The notes under the pieces: model-generated
Seen by the model: only the letters and a program-made list of their open reading frames with translations
The model's database searches: none
Told to the model about the DNA's origin: nothing
Made by a program: the position numbers and the translations under genes
Assembly: GCA_973895155.1 (NCBI GenBank)
Contig: OZ316895.1
Coordinates: forward strand, 18,671,880 to 18,735,879
Source of the DNA: Marsupella aquatica
Taxonomy: Eukaryota > Plantae > Marchantiophyta
Length of the DNA stretch: 64,000 nucleotides
Reading direction: 5' to 3'
Part shown: positions 47,630 through 59,256 of the stretch, piece by piece
Numbering within the stretch: the first letter of the stretch is position 1
Layout: each line of letters starts with the position of its first letter

Positions 47630-48594
47630 CGTCTTCCTTCCAAAAATGTACAAACTATCGTACAATGAAATTATGAAACTCTAATCCTTCTTGAACGTGT
47701 ATTATATTCTAGAAGGAGGGGGTAGTTCAGCAAAACTTTTCGATTAAAGCGGCAATCTTGTACGTTTGGCGGATTCCAACGTATGTAAATGGAGGACTCA
47801 ATTATCTAAATCAAGCAGAAGTTCTAATACACACGGAACTCAGAAGTTACCGTTAAATATTACCGTTACAACCCTTCTCCACACTCATTGGGAATACTAG
47901 CATTGGGCGCTATTATAAACATAGAACCTTCAGAGAGATAAATGGAAGGATAGTCATGACAACGCTCGGGACTAGTAATAATAATGGCAATAAAATAGGT
48001 CTGAAATCGTGCCTACAGTACATAATTATCGTCTTAAGAACCCATATTTTAGGAAATTTCTGTTGTTTTAATTGTTTTTTGAAAACATATCTTCCACTCT
48101 ATACTAGCGCCCGGCGCTAGTAAAAACATGCATTGTTCATCCCTAATTCTGGCAGGTTTCCCATTTTTAGAGAGCGTTATAAGGCAATTACCTCATACTA
48201 TTTCTGGTTTTCAAGTATATCTGGAGAGTGAATTCTATACTAGCGCCTGGCGCTAGTATGGTATATCAAGATTTGGGACACATTATTTTTTTCGTATTTA
48301 GTTGGCGCCTGGCGCTACTCAAATTGTTCCGAATATGGAATATTTTAGGGTCAATTAGAGCTTTTTGTGGTGTCCTTTTTGAGAGTATATTTGGGTCTGA
48401 CATCCGGACTTATTGGGGAAAAATGACAAAATTCATTTATGGCGCCAACAAATCCTATGTCGTCTACGTTTCTTGTCTTATCCAAACGGCTCTGTTAACG
48501 TAAAGTTAACAGGTGCGATTGATATAAGCTCCACATTCCCACAGACTTTTCTTCCTCAAAACATTACAGCCCCCATTATTTGTTTTTGATTGTA

Positions 48595-50462
48595 ATGTCT
48601 CGATCGATCGTTCTATCTCGATTTGGAACTAGGGATATTGTCACCATCCCCGTCCCTTTGGCAGACACGTACAAGCAGGTCCGAGAGAGATACCTCTACG
48701 GGAGATTTGATTTGAACATGAATCCATTGTTCGAGAGGTTGAATCCAATGATGACATCAAAGATGCTGCAATGTTCAATGTTGATGATGGTGAACGGTTT
48801 TGGCATCTTAACGCAAGGATTTCATACTCACTTTGGGTTAGACAACATGAAGGACTGTCAAGTGTCCCTCAAGTTCCATTTGATGTTGTCAAGATTTCTT
48901 CTAGTGAAGATGGAGATCACACTCCAAGTCCTTTGTTGAAGATGAAAGTCCCGCAACATGTTGTCATTAAAGGTGAGACTTCGGGAAGCTCTAACCAGTT
49001 GGAGGTCGTGTATCGGCAAAGTGCAATGGACACATGCTCAAATCCACTGGTCATGCATAGCAAGTTATCAAGGTTCACATCAGTGGGGGTACACAACATC
49101 ATCAGTTATCTCAAAAATTTCAGAATCTCAGTTGAGGAGTTAAGATGGGGCCTTCGAACTTCCGCGCATCTCAGCTGGGCAGTCGAGGTTGACTCAATCT
49201 CGGCTGACCTCGCCGAGATGGGCGTACGGACTGAAAAAAAAATTTAAAAATTCCCCCCCCAAAAAAAATTTGAATTTTTTTCCCCATCTAAGCTGGCCTT
49301 GCCGAGATGGGGCGTACGGACCGAAAAAAAGGGGGAAAAAAACCAAAAATTTGAAGAAATTTTTTTTTGAAAAAAAAGTTCAAATTTGTTTTTCCCATCT
49401 CGGCTGGGCTCGCCGAGATATTGTCCGTATGGTACGGATGCCTCATATAAAAAAAGTTTTCCTTCAAATTTTGAAAAAAAATTCAAGTTTTTTTTTTCTT
49501 CATTTTTTTCTTTTTAGCATCGCAACTTGGCGGCCTCCTTGAGATGAGGTGACAACTGATATCAGGTACACTGATGAAAGTGACTGATAACTGATGAGAT
49601 TACTTATCTCATATCAGTGGGTGATTTCAGACATGAGCAAGTATCTTGTCTGCCAAACAAGTACAACGGGAACGTTGTGTTTGAATTGCCACCAATCGAC
49701 AAGATGCTCTCTAAAGGATCTAGGCTTAGGGACATGGACCATGCCAAAGATTGCTACATTTGGACTCGCATATTTCCAACCACCGCAAACGTCCATTCAA
49801 AAAAACATTGGCAATTCGATAAGGTTACCTGTATGGGATTTATTGAATGTCGGAACAAGTCCTGCAAGTACTTCCAAGGAAGAAGAAGGCAAATGCTAAA
49901 GCATGGCATGGTACTCCAAAGCCTAGTGGTTGGGATCTTTTATCAAAGAGGGAGGTGTTGTACATGTCATTATTGTCAAAAAATTCCTTTTTGTGTCAAG
50001 TACTGCCCTGCTCGCTTGTTTTATATGTACCTGCAAGTATTACTTGATGCAGAAACATGTAGTCATATGTCTTGTCTGGCAATTCATATAGGTGAGCATA
50101 ACCATCCAAGTAGAAAAACCTTCTCTAGGAGTGTAGAGAAGATGGCTGAGGATTTAATTTAAAAAAATCATGAAGCCAATCCTTTGGCAAAACCAATAGG
50201 GATCTTGAATTCTGCTATAGGGTCGATAGTGAAAGCTCTGTGCAAACATGTTGACGACATGGTCGATATTGAAGAAACTGAAATATGGAAGTCTCTGATG
50301 GGACTTTCCACTCCCCAAAAGTTTGCATTGCTTTGTTGAAGCGTTAGGATAGACCAAAAGGGTTGGGGTGAGTTAGATTTTCTCTCGCAAATGCAAAAGA
50401 GGATTAACCTATCGTTTCTCCAAAGGTATTTTCTCCCAGGTCAGGGTTGTCAAGACGATAGG
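48595..50462 (+). pseudogene. Putative DNA transposase, N-terminal part, with GCM/WRKY-like zinc domain (Mutator-like inferred); cut by the family B insertion
   Basis: EQVSCLPNKYNGNVVFELPP..MDHAKDCYIW..CMGFIECRNKSC..CHYC..CPAR..AIHIGEHNHP. No DDE core is present in the window. Confidence 0.6.
49145..49550. repeat. Small insertion built of CATCTCGGC-n-GCCGAGATG hairpin units and A/T tracts (non-autonomous element remnant)
   Basis: Units at about 49168, 49198, 49284, 49396 and 49518, two followed by GGCGTACGGAC-poly(A); interrupts the coding region; boundaries approximate. Confidence 0.6.
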
Positions 50463-53400
50463 TGTGATGCGTCCCATGGCTCCCTAAACCCAAGAAACCC
50501 CCTTGCACAAGTTGATTCCCATAGGTTTCGTTCTGGGCGAGGCCGGTTCCACGGCTTATCGGCATGGGATGCTGCTAACTCTCTTCTATTAACATTTTAC
50601 ACACATATACTGGACAGATCCTTCATCGGGTCATGAGATAAGTAGCCGGCCTATTCTATGCCTTCGCTTCTCTTCCTCTCCTAGTCTTCCTTTAGGTATG
50701 TTTGGATTCCGCCGCCGGAATGATCCCCGATTGGCTTGGGTTAGCCACTAAGACCTCTCTCAGCTCGACACATCCAACTCGTACTACCTGACTTACTTCC
50801 CTTCTCTCTTGGTTGATGTGGGCAATCTTCAAACAAGTTAATGCGACACACAAATAGCAAATTGACTCCTTCTGACTGAGTTATACCATGCACTTGCCAT
50901 ACAAAGAATACTTCTCATACACAAGATCTGCGAACTAAGTCGTGAGGCCAACTCTATTCATCTCTTAGGCATGAGGAAACATGAATATACACAAGCCAGG
51001 GTCACTATATAACTAACCAAGAGCTTCTTTTACTACTTGATCCCAGCCCTGCTAGTGCACTAAAAACTTGCTAAAGAAGAAGGCCCTGAACTCCCCGCTG
51101 CCCAGGTACTTATCCTGGCAATGGATCCGCCTAATTCCTTGCAACGTAAGCCTAATCTATCCTAACTATAATCTACCTATGTACAACGAGGTAGGAGCAC
51201 AAGTGTTGCTCTTACCAGTGGATCCGCAATCCCACTTATCTAAGTGTCAGGGCCGCCTCTTGGTCTTGATCATAATTTCTAAACTTAGAGATTTGCGCTT
51301 GCCTTGCCCACTCATGCCTCCTCCCTCCATGTCCGCCCTCCTTAAAAGGAGCGGCCCTCCACCACGGTCATGGTAGCGGTGGCTGATCCTCAATGGACGC
51401 TCCCAACACTTCCTCCGCAGCCATTGCCGTAGATCCGTCCTCTGACAGATTACCTGCCCCAGATCCAGTCAACTCTCCAGCGGCCTGACTGGATCCACCC
51501 TCGGCTTTGGCCTCAGCTTTGGCTACGCCCTCAGATATGGCTACGGCCTCAGATACGGCTAGGCCTCAGATACGGCTACGGCCTCCCTGGCCTGCTCTAG
51601 TGGTGGATCCAATACCCCGACTTCATCAATGATTGTCCCGGACTCTACCTTGCCATCCCCGCCTTCTAGGATAGTTGAATCCTTTGCCGTGACCCTGCCT
51701 GAGGCTGGTGCCGTGTTCTCCCCCTTGATCACGGTGGCTTGAGAAGCCGCGTTGCTCCCTGACCCAGAAGGTTTCCGCTTCTTCTTCTTCCTTGGTTCAG
51801 CAACTGGTCCCTTCCCCTTGCCACTTACCTCTGGCACCGATGCGAGTGTTGCGGCTTGTCCCTCGGCCAGTATTACCCCTAGCAACTTGGTTGCCACAAT
51901 TGGAGTTTGAACTGATGAAGCCAAGTACTTAAATACTACGGCTTGTTTCTTCAGCCACTCTGTTGGGTTGCCGGCCCGCCATTATAAGTTCTCCATCTTC
52001 CTCGTGCTTTCCTCAAACTCCTCCTGCATTTTGTCTAGTTCCTTGCGCGCCTCCACCAGCTCCTTCTGGGCTTCCTCCAATTCCTTTCTTAAGGCAACCC
52101 TCTCTTCTTGGGTTGCTCTTAGCTCCTTGTCGAGCTCTGTTACGACCTCAGACTCCATCTGGTTCATCTTGGCATAAGTCTGATCGAGTTGGTCATCCTT
52201 CTCACGCAGGTCGGCCTTGAAGCTGGCCGTCAGGAATGCAAGCTCCTATTGCAGCACAATAATCCCTTGATAGGATCTCCCTAACTCAGCCTCCTTCTGT
52301 TCAAGGGCTCCGCGGAGATCCTCGAGCTCCCCCTTCAGCGCCCTCTCCTTCCTCTGTGTCTCCGCCATGGCCCAATTGTTGGTTGCTATGTGGACCTCCT
52401 CTGTGTCCTTCAGCTCCCGCTCCCACTTCTCCTTTTCCTTGATCGCGTCGGCCAACTCCCCTTGGGTCCAAGTCAATTTATCCTTGATAATCTAACTATC
52501 AAACTGAGCGGTATCTAGTTGCCCCTGCATGATGTTTAGCTCATGCCGCTTAATCCGCAGCTCATCTTGGGCTTTCTTGGCCGCCTTCAGGTCTTTTGCC
52601 TTGGCTTCCTTCTCCTTAAGCCGTTGGATGAGCTCGTCCTTCTTCCTCCTCTCCAAAGCCACCGCTTCCTCCAATCAATGTTTTTCCAACATCTCCCTCT
52701 GGAAAAAGGGTCCCTCCTCCAACTCCTCCCCAAAGATATTGAGCGCAAGTTCCCCACACATCTCCCCGTACTCCATAGCTCTTTCTTGCGCATAGGTGAG
52801 TGAGTAGTAGTCATCGGCATTACCCACCGCGGCCTTTGTTCCCAAGCCACCTTTTGGATCTCTTCTATCGTGATTGGTAGGCTGCTTTGTCCTTCGGCAA
52901 GCCGCCGGATGTCCTTTGGCCATTCTCCCCTAGGTAAATCCTTCTCCTTGGCCAAGGCTGCCTCCTCTTCTTCCCTGAGTCGCTCCTGAAACTCCTGTGC
53001 CGTCTATTTTATCCCGTCAAATCTTGGGGGAGCGACATCTGGTGGGGGAGACTTGGGGCTGCTCTGCTGGGTGGGGTCCCCTCAAACTACTCTAGGAAGC
53101 ATGGGGATGAAACGGCCACAGGTCCTTACTCCTGGGACATGATGGTCCGACCCGTAGCCGGAGTCGTCATTGCCGTAGTCCTCCACCACCTCCTCCCCGG
53201 CTTGGATTATCGGCTCCCCCCGTTGCTCTCCTAGTCTTGCTGTGAACATGGCCTCCTACCAAACACAGCTCATGGGTCCTGGTTCCTCCTCCGGCTTCCA
53301 GGCTGATCTCTCCTTCTCCCTATTGCGACCAGGAGCTTTGGGCTGCTCTCCCTCGGCTTCTGGACTTGCGGCTCCCACATACATTCGAACCCCTGGCTTG

Positions 53401-54184
53401 TGTTCCGGCCTTCTTCTTTCCTTGGCTTCGGTAAAGGGTTTTTCCCTTGTAAGTTGGCTGAGACCTACCTCTGGAGCAATGTCCTGTACCAATGTCGTTG
53501 CCGTCGCAGCCCTTTTTTCCTTCTCCAGCAATTTCAAAAGATTTTGCATGCCTGGTTGCTGCATCGGCAAGTCTTCCGTCCTCGGCCTAAACACTTGTTT
53601 GATCGTAGGACTACCGGGCTGGTTGGGTTTCTCTACTGCCGGCCTCTAGTCCGGAACCTCCTCTGGTGCCCTTGTCTGCAGGGGAAGTACTGGGGCAAAG
53701 ATCTAACTTTGGGCATACCGGCACAACAACGGCATGTGATAGCCAAGCCGGGACACACTTCCCTTGCCGATCACCTGCTGTTCCTCCTTCAAGATCTTCT
53801 TCAGTTGGGTGAGGAGGTACCCGTTGTAGTCCCGGCTTGAGTCTGGCCTCTCAGCTAGGTAGACTTGTGCCTTGCGGATCTCTGGCCTCGGTAGGTTGCA
53901 GTGCATGGTTACCCGCAAGAAATCAATCATCTCCCCAATGTGCGGGTTGGTGCAGGTGTTCCAAAAGAAGCCATTGTTGGTTGATGGCCCTAGGAACGAC
54001 CGGAACTCCTTGTCTGGCAAGGCCTTCTTGGTATCTACTTTGGTCTTATTGCCCATTGGCAAGCCAAACACCTCGGCAATCACCTGGGGAGTGAGATAGA
54101 AATCCTTCCCATACACCCTTGTGGAATTTGTCTCGAGATCCCATGATCCCACGAATTCTAATAAGTCAGAATCCGGCACCTCCG
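50463..54184 (-). repeat. Family B LTR copy 4, truncated, with ORF-B remnant on the minus strand
   Basis: Starts TGTGATGCGTCCCATGG; colinear with 15723 to about 19375. Confidence 0.92.
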
Positions 54185-54341
54185 ATGTCATAAAGAAATG
54201 AGTTTTAGAGTTAGAATACCTCACATAGAGTTTCTCACTCCATTAGACATTATTAAAAATTAAATAAAAATAAATAGTGTGACTTAGAGTAGTCATTTAT
54301 AAATTATTAGATATAATAGACCAAAATCATAGAATAGGTGG

Positions 54342-54542
54342 TCGTGGATCCTAGACGCAGATAGAATCCAAAGGATTCTCTCTCATGATCTAGAGTATTG
54401 TAAGTCAATAATTGACAGTGCCAATTATGCAAAGTTTGAGTATATCAAACAGAAGACTCGAAAACATTCTTGGTACACACGGAAAATGCCTCTGGAAGCT
54501 CTTGTTTATATTTTGTGCGAAAACAAAATCAAAGCTTACACT
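54342..54542 (+). pseudogene. Fragment of a paralog of the ParB-MTase gene
   Basis: Translates SWILDADRIQRILSHDLEY..KTRKHSWYTRKMPLEALVYILCENKIKAY, versus SWILDADRIKRILAHDLEY..KTRKGSWYTKKMPQEALVYILCENKIKSY at about 46530-46730. Confidence 0.88.
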
Positions 54543-55169
54543 AACCAGAGGATTGGGTTACTGAAGAAGGAGCTGAAGCGGAGCACTGACGGAGCTGACG
54601 AGCACTAGGGTGTGGATCTTTGTCAGGGTTTTGTGTAGGACTGGATGATTTAAAGGTACCTTTAAATCTCCTAGACGGAGGTGTTTCTACTATCAACCGG
54701 GCTTTTTTTTTGAGTTTTTGGTATCCGGAGGACTTTTCCGCAGGAATAGGGCACTGTGCTTGGCCCGTGGCCACGGTTTTGGTCAACCCTAAGGTGGCTG
54801 GTGGTTGTGGTCGAGGGAGTGAAAAAGGCTTATGCGGATGAAGCATCTGGGCGTTGTGAAAGAAGCTATGTGTGGAGTAACTAATCTCGGTACCAACGAC
54901 TGGTTTAGGGAATCTGTTAAAATTAGCTTCTGGTTTGGAGGGTCACCTGCTTTTGATTGAAGTGCTGACTTATCCCTGGCATACACGGCACTTGGGTCTG
55001 CACCTGGGATCATCATCAGGGGGAGCTTCTGGCGGGGAGGTGAGATCTTTCTTCTTGAACGCTGTCTGATTTCCATCATCAGTGAGAACTTGGGATGCCG
55101 GTGGAGTGCTGAAATTTACTACTTTAGCCAATCCTCTATCTTTGATCGGAACTTGCACCTATAAAGTGC

Positions 55170-55560
55170 ATCAATGTCAAGGTGAATAAAGATCTTGAGC
55201 AGAGAAAAAGATGATGAAAAGGGGAAAGTTGTCAAGGGTGGGAAGAAAATGTTGCGGTGAGATGAAGATGTCAATGTGAAAAAAGATGTCAATATAAAGT
55301 AAAGACGTTAAGGAGAAATAAATATGAAAAGGCAAGAAAAATCAAGAGAAAAATATGTCAAGGCAAGAAAAGATGTCAAGGTGAGACAAAAACATAATTG
55401 TAAACTTTGCCGATGTAGTTGTTGAGACATTTTATGTGTGATCCCGACCATACAGATGTTGTGGTCATGTTCAATACACATGTGTTGCACTTAAGATGTT
55501 GTGTAAACGATATCATTGCATAAAAGATGTCTATATAAAAAAGATGTTGTTACAAAAATA
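55170..55560 (+). repeat. Cluster of AAAGATGTCAA-like short repeats
   Basis: Roughly ten variants (AAGATGTCAA, AAAATGTTG, AGATGTTG) in AT-rich DNA. Confidence 0.6.
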
Positions 55561-55952
55561 ATAGAGGAGAACGTGAGCTAAATAGATGATGGTAACCGAG
55601 GCACATGCATTTACGTAACACTAGGTCGAAGGTGATATCTCCACTCCTCATGGCCTCCTCGCCCCTTTTCTCTTGGGCTGCCCTCCCCCCCCCCCCCCCC
55701 CCTCTCCTCTTCCACAACCCAATAAAAAGCAAGGCTGTCCCTTTTCTCTCCTTTTTCCCTCTTATTCTTTACTTATTTTCTTTATTGTATTTTCATCTCC
55801 ACTTGCTCCACTTTGTCTCATCTCTTCCACCTACATACTTATGGGATGGTAACACAATATATATTGAGCCCCTCACCCATGGCTCCATCAATTAATTTCC
55901 CCTCCCTACTTTGAACTTTATGGCTTCTAGTCTTGTCCCCTCATAATGGTGT

Positions 55953-56022
55953 CCCAAGTGCCCCTATCCCAATGACAACACATGGCACCCAAGTGCCCCC
56001 ATCCCAATGACAACACATGGCA
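55953..56022 (+). repeat. 35-bp tandem duplication
   Basis: CCCAAGTGCCCC(T/C)ATCCCAATGACAACACATGGCA twice. Confidence 0.9.
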
Positions 56023-56754
56023 TTCACATAGAGTGCATGCCATATCTCACTCCTAGAGAATCTCTGTGATATATCAAAATACTTATTTTGTCTCCTTTAG
56101 ACAAGGGAGATTGCTTTTTGAATAATGAAAGACCAGGATAAAAGAGAGTATAAATCCAATGGTCAAAAAATATTCTCTCCAAAAGTGAGTTTGTAAACCC
56201 ACCATACTCCACTTTTGACGGGATAGGCTATTATAGTAATAGATGTTATGTGTAGAGGGGAGCTCAGTGAGGATGCTATTCTGGAGGAAGGAAAGGGGGG
56301 CTCACAATTAGAAGAGAGATCATACAAGGGGATGGGATTTAGTGAGGAGCTTGGAGAGAGGAGAGTTTAATCTGGGATATTGAGAAAGAGAAATGGGAGG
56401 GAAGAGATACAGGGAGCAGTTTGAAGTGAAGAAAAAGCAGCTCGGTTCATAATGAATTTATGGGGAGAAGGAGGTCTAGGAATACAAGAACAATATGGAT
56501 AAGTGGGGAGGGTGTCATGGGGAGGGTGCCGTGGGGAGGAGTAATTGAAACTTCCACCTGAATCAATGAATTCACCTGAATCAATGAATTCTGAAAAACA
56601 AAAGCAGGTTATAACGCAGCTTGGGGTGGGACCGCATGCCATTGTGTCAGACCTAAGCAAGCCAGCCAGTAAACAACAAGACATCCCACAAAATCCATCA
56701 AAGCCCGGAGGAGCCAATGCTGTCACAATCTCAAAACGAAGTAGCAAGGGTGCA

Positions 56755-57774
56755 CCAACATGACATCCTGGCACAACAGAGCTGGCAAAACGGAGCAACA
56801 CACAAGGGGAGAAGAAAAACCTCTTCTACAGTAAGTAGCAATGCGAGCAATGCGAAGGGCTAGTCCTGACTAACTGTTCTAACAAACTCTGCAACATGTA
56901 GATTCTCAATCTAAAACAGCAGCAGCGGAAGTACCTCCTGGCAGACCAGAGCCAACTGTCACAATCCAAAATGCAGCAGCATTGGTGCACCAACATGATA
57001 TCCTGGCACACGAGAGCCGACCGGTAGGAACAACACACGAGAAGACAAGAAACCTAATCTGAGGCGCAATACAAAAAGGGGTACTGGAATCCAGTTCTAA
57101 CAAATTCTTCACCATCTATTACGACGTAAGCATAGCGAGACCTTAAAAATCTATGATCACTGTGTCAACCTAAAATAGCAGCCGCTGAAGGTTCTCCAAC
57201 AAGACCTCCTGGCACACCAGAACTGGCCTAGAGTAGAAAACCTCTGGAAAAGAACACAGAAGAGAACGTTTCGGAGGCCAAGCCCAAGGATAAGAAGGGC
57301 CAGCGGAGGTGAATGGAAGGAGGCGTCGAGGACAACACGAGAAGCCAAAAATAAGTCAGTGGTATAAGATGCAAAAAAATGGTAGAGACAAGTGCAGCAA
57401 CTTCCAACATGACATCCTGCTAATCAGAGTTGGCCCGTAGAAGAGAAAAAAAAGAAGGATTACCAATATGAAGTCCTGGCACATCGTAGCCGGCACGTCA
57501 AATCAGAGCTAAGAAACCTAGGAATAAATCCAAGATGCAGAGCAATGGCTTGAGGCAGTATAATGAACAGAGATGCAAAGCAGAAAGCAGTGGGTGAGAA
57601 CTAGCCGCAGCAACGACTGGAATGCGAACCCGCGCCGGCCAGGGGAGTCAGAAGGGAGCTGTAGATTGGTAAGATTAGACAGAACTAGAGAAACAACAAA
57701 AGGAGAAATGCAGAAACATGTTGCACAACAGCCTCTGATGATCCAACATGCCATCCTGTCTCATCAGAGCCGGC
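56755..57774 (+). repeat. Six interspersed copies of an approximately 32-bp motif CCAACATGACATCCTGGCACANCAGAGCYGGC
   Basis: Starts at 56755, 56990, 57196, 57404, 57463 and 57743. Confidence 0.8.
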
Positions 57775-58568
57775 CCAGACTAAAAAGGTGCGTCCTCATC
57801 AAGGGGCAGAGACATAGCTTCTAAAGTCGTGATGAAATCGGACGTTCCACTTTCTTTGTGTACCCCGAGTAAAGTTCGATGTGCTTGAGGTGTTTGAGTA
57901 CAAATTCAGCCGTTGATGAAGGAGAGAATTACCATCTCATCGACGACAAACCGAGTACAAGGCAGATCCAACAGCACTCTTAGCAAGCCAGAGATCCAGT
58001 ATGTGAAGCAAAGAGCAAGCCAGCAAGCTGCGGAGAAGGACGGAGAGAGGGGAGTCTTCGGTAGAACCACACCGTGCGATGCAAGGCGCCCGTCGCCTTC
58101 GAGCAGAAAATGAAATGGTGATCTTCTATGCTGGTCGGGCGACGCTTGCAGAATTAATCTCCGTTTCCGAACCGGTGAGCCCATCGATTGGAATAGAGCA
58201 CTCCATGAATACTTCTCCTTACACAAACTTTCTCTTGGCAGAGATCCGCGCACCAGAGATTGTGTTGTTGCAGTCGCCATTGAGGAGGCCGGGAGTGAAT
58301 CCAGTGTTCCACTGTATGTTGAGAGCCCCCAAGTTGGGTGCCGAGAAGTCAATTAATTGTCAGGCAGAGGCTGGCGAGCGTTCGTAGTTGGACTTTGTTG
58401 ATTCCAGGGCCACAGGCCGGTAAGAAACAACATAGACTCCGCAACACAGTTAGAGGATTGAAGTATAGCAAGTGTCTTCCCGAGGGTTGCTTCTCAGCAC
58501 AAACGGGAATCCGATGAGAGAAAGAATTTCCAGAGAGCTGCCTGAGAGTCCCCACTTGACATTATTAA

Positions 58569-58791
58569 ACCACACCTGCCACTATAAAACCCTTATTCCA
58601 TGTCTACCCTTATTCCATGTATCAGTACTCACCATAAAAGGTGGAACATTAGCAGGTTTTGTGAAATACTTGTCAAAAAAGGGTTTTGCAATTAGCACCT
58701 TTTGTGGAGCTCAAAGTCCATTTCTGAACTTCTACTCCTTAGAATGAGAGCTACGGGGTTACCCATAGCCCTTTATAGGGGCAGGTGTGGT
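58569..58791. mobile_element. MITE, 223 bp, flanked by TTAA
   Basis: 20-bp terminal inverted repeat ACCACACCTGCC(A/C)CTATAAA with one mismatch; TTAA at 58565-58568 and 58792-58795. Confidence 0.85.
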
Positions 58792-58967
58792 TTAAGCACT
58801 TTATGTGAACCATAGTGTTATAACCCATACCTAAACCTACCCTACCTAGGGTTAAACCCTACTACAGTTAGGCTAATTCCAACCGCCTAACTACCTAGCC
58901 TCCATAGGAGCTATATGTAATGGGGAGATGATAAATGAAGTGATCAGTTGTTCCACACCTTACAACA

Positions 58968-58980
58968 CGTTATCAGCACG
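58968..58980 (+). promoter_or_regulatory. Bianca-type primer-binding site CGTTATCAGCACG
   Basis: Directly follows ...TTACAACA; matches the non-TGG PBS typical of Bianca Copia elements. Confidence 0.8.
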
Positions 58981-59256
58981 ATGCTGGATTTGAATCAATT
59001 TTTTTTAGGGATTAGATTTTTTTCCCTCCATAGCAAGATTTTTTTCCACCATTAAGGGAAGGATTAAAGGCAGACAAAGGTGCAGCGGTGGCCGAAATCA
59101 TCCCGTGAGACTGGATGTCAATGTTCAAAATGAATTGGATACAAAATCGGGCAATGAGATAAGAAACTCCAAATTTGCCGAACACGATTTGAAAGTTTAT
59201 TCTCAATTCCTTCAACTTCACCAATTGAGATTATCAATAAGAAATTATCCAGAAAA

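Larger units (their letters stand above)
43417..48317. repeat. Dispersed palindrome TAGCGCCNGGCGCTA, at least 8 copies
   Basis: Copies at 43417, 45282, 45375, 46803, 47898, 48102 (21-bp perfect), 48237 (23-bp perfect) and 48303; all in inferred introns or the upstream intergenic region. Confidence 0.88.

Noticed and set aside
54545-55160. Minus-strand ORF pieces with CRPKCRVC as a transposase C-terminus
   Set aside because: Too short and disrupted to assign.
56755-57774. CRISPR-like repeat-spacer array
   Set aside because: Repeats are degenerate, spacing is irregular (59-280 bp), there are no cas genes and the context is eukaryotic.
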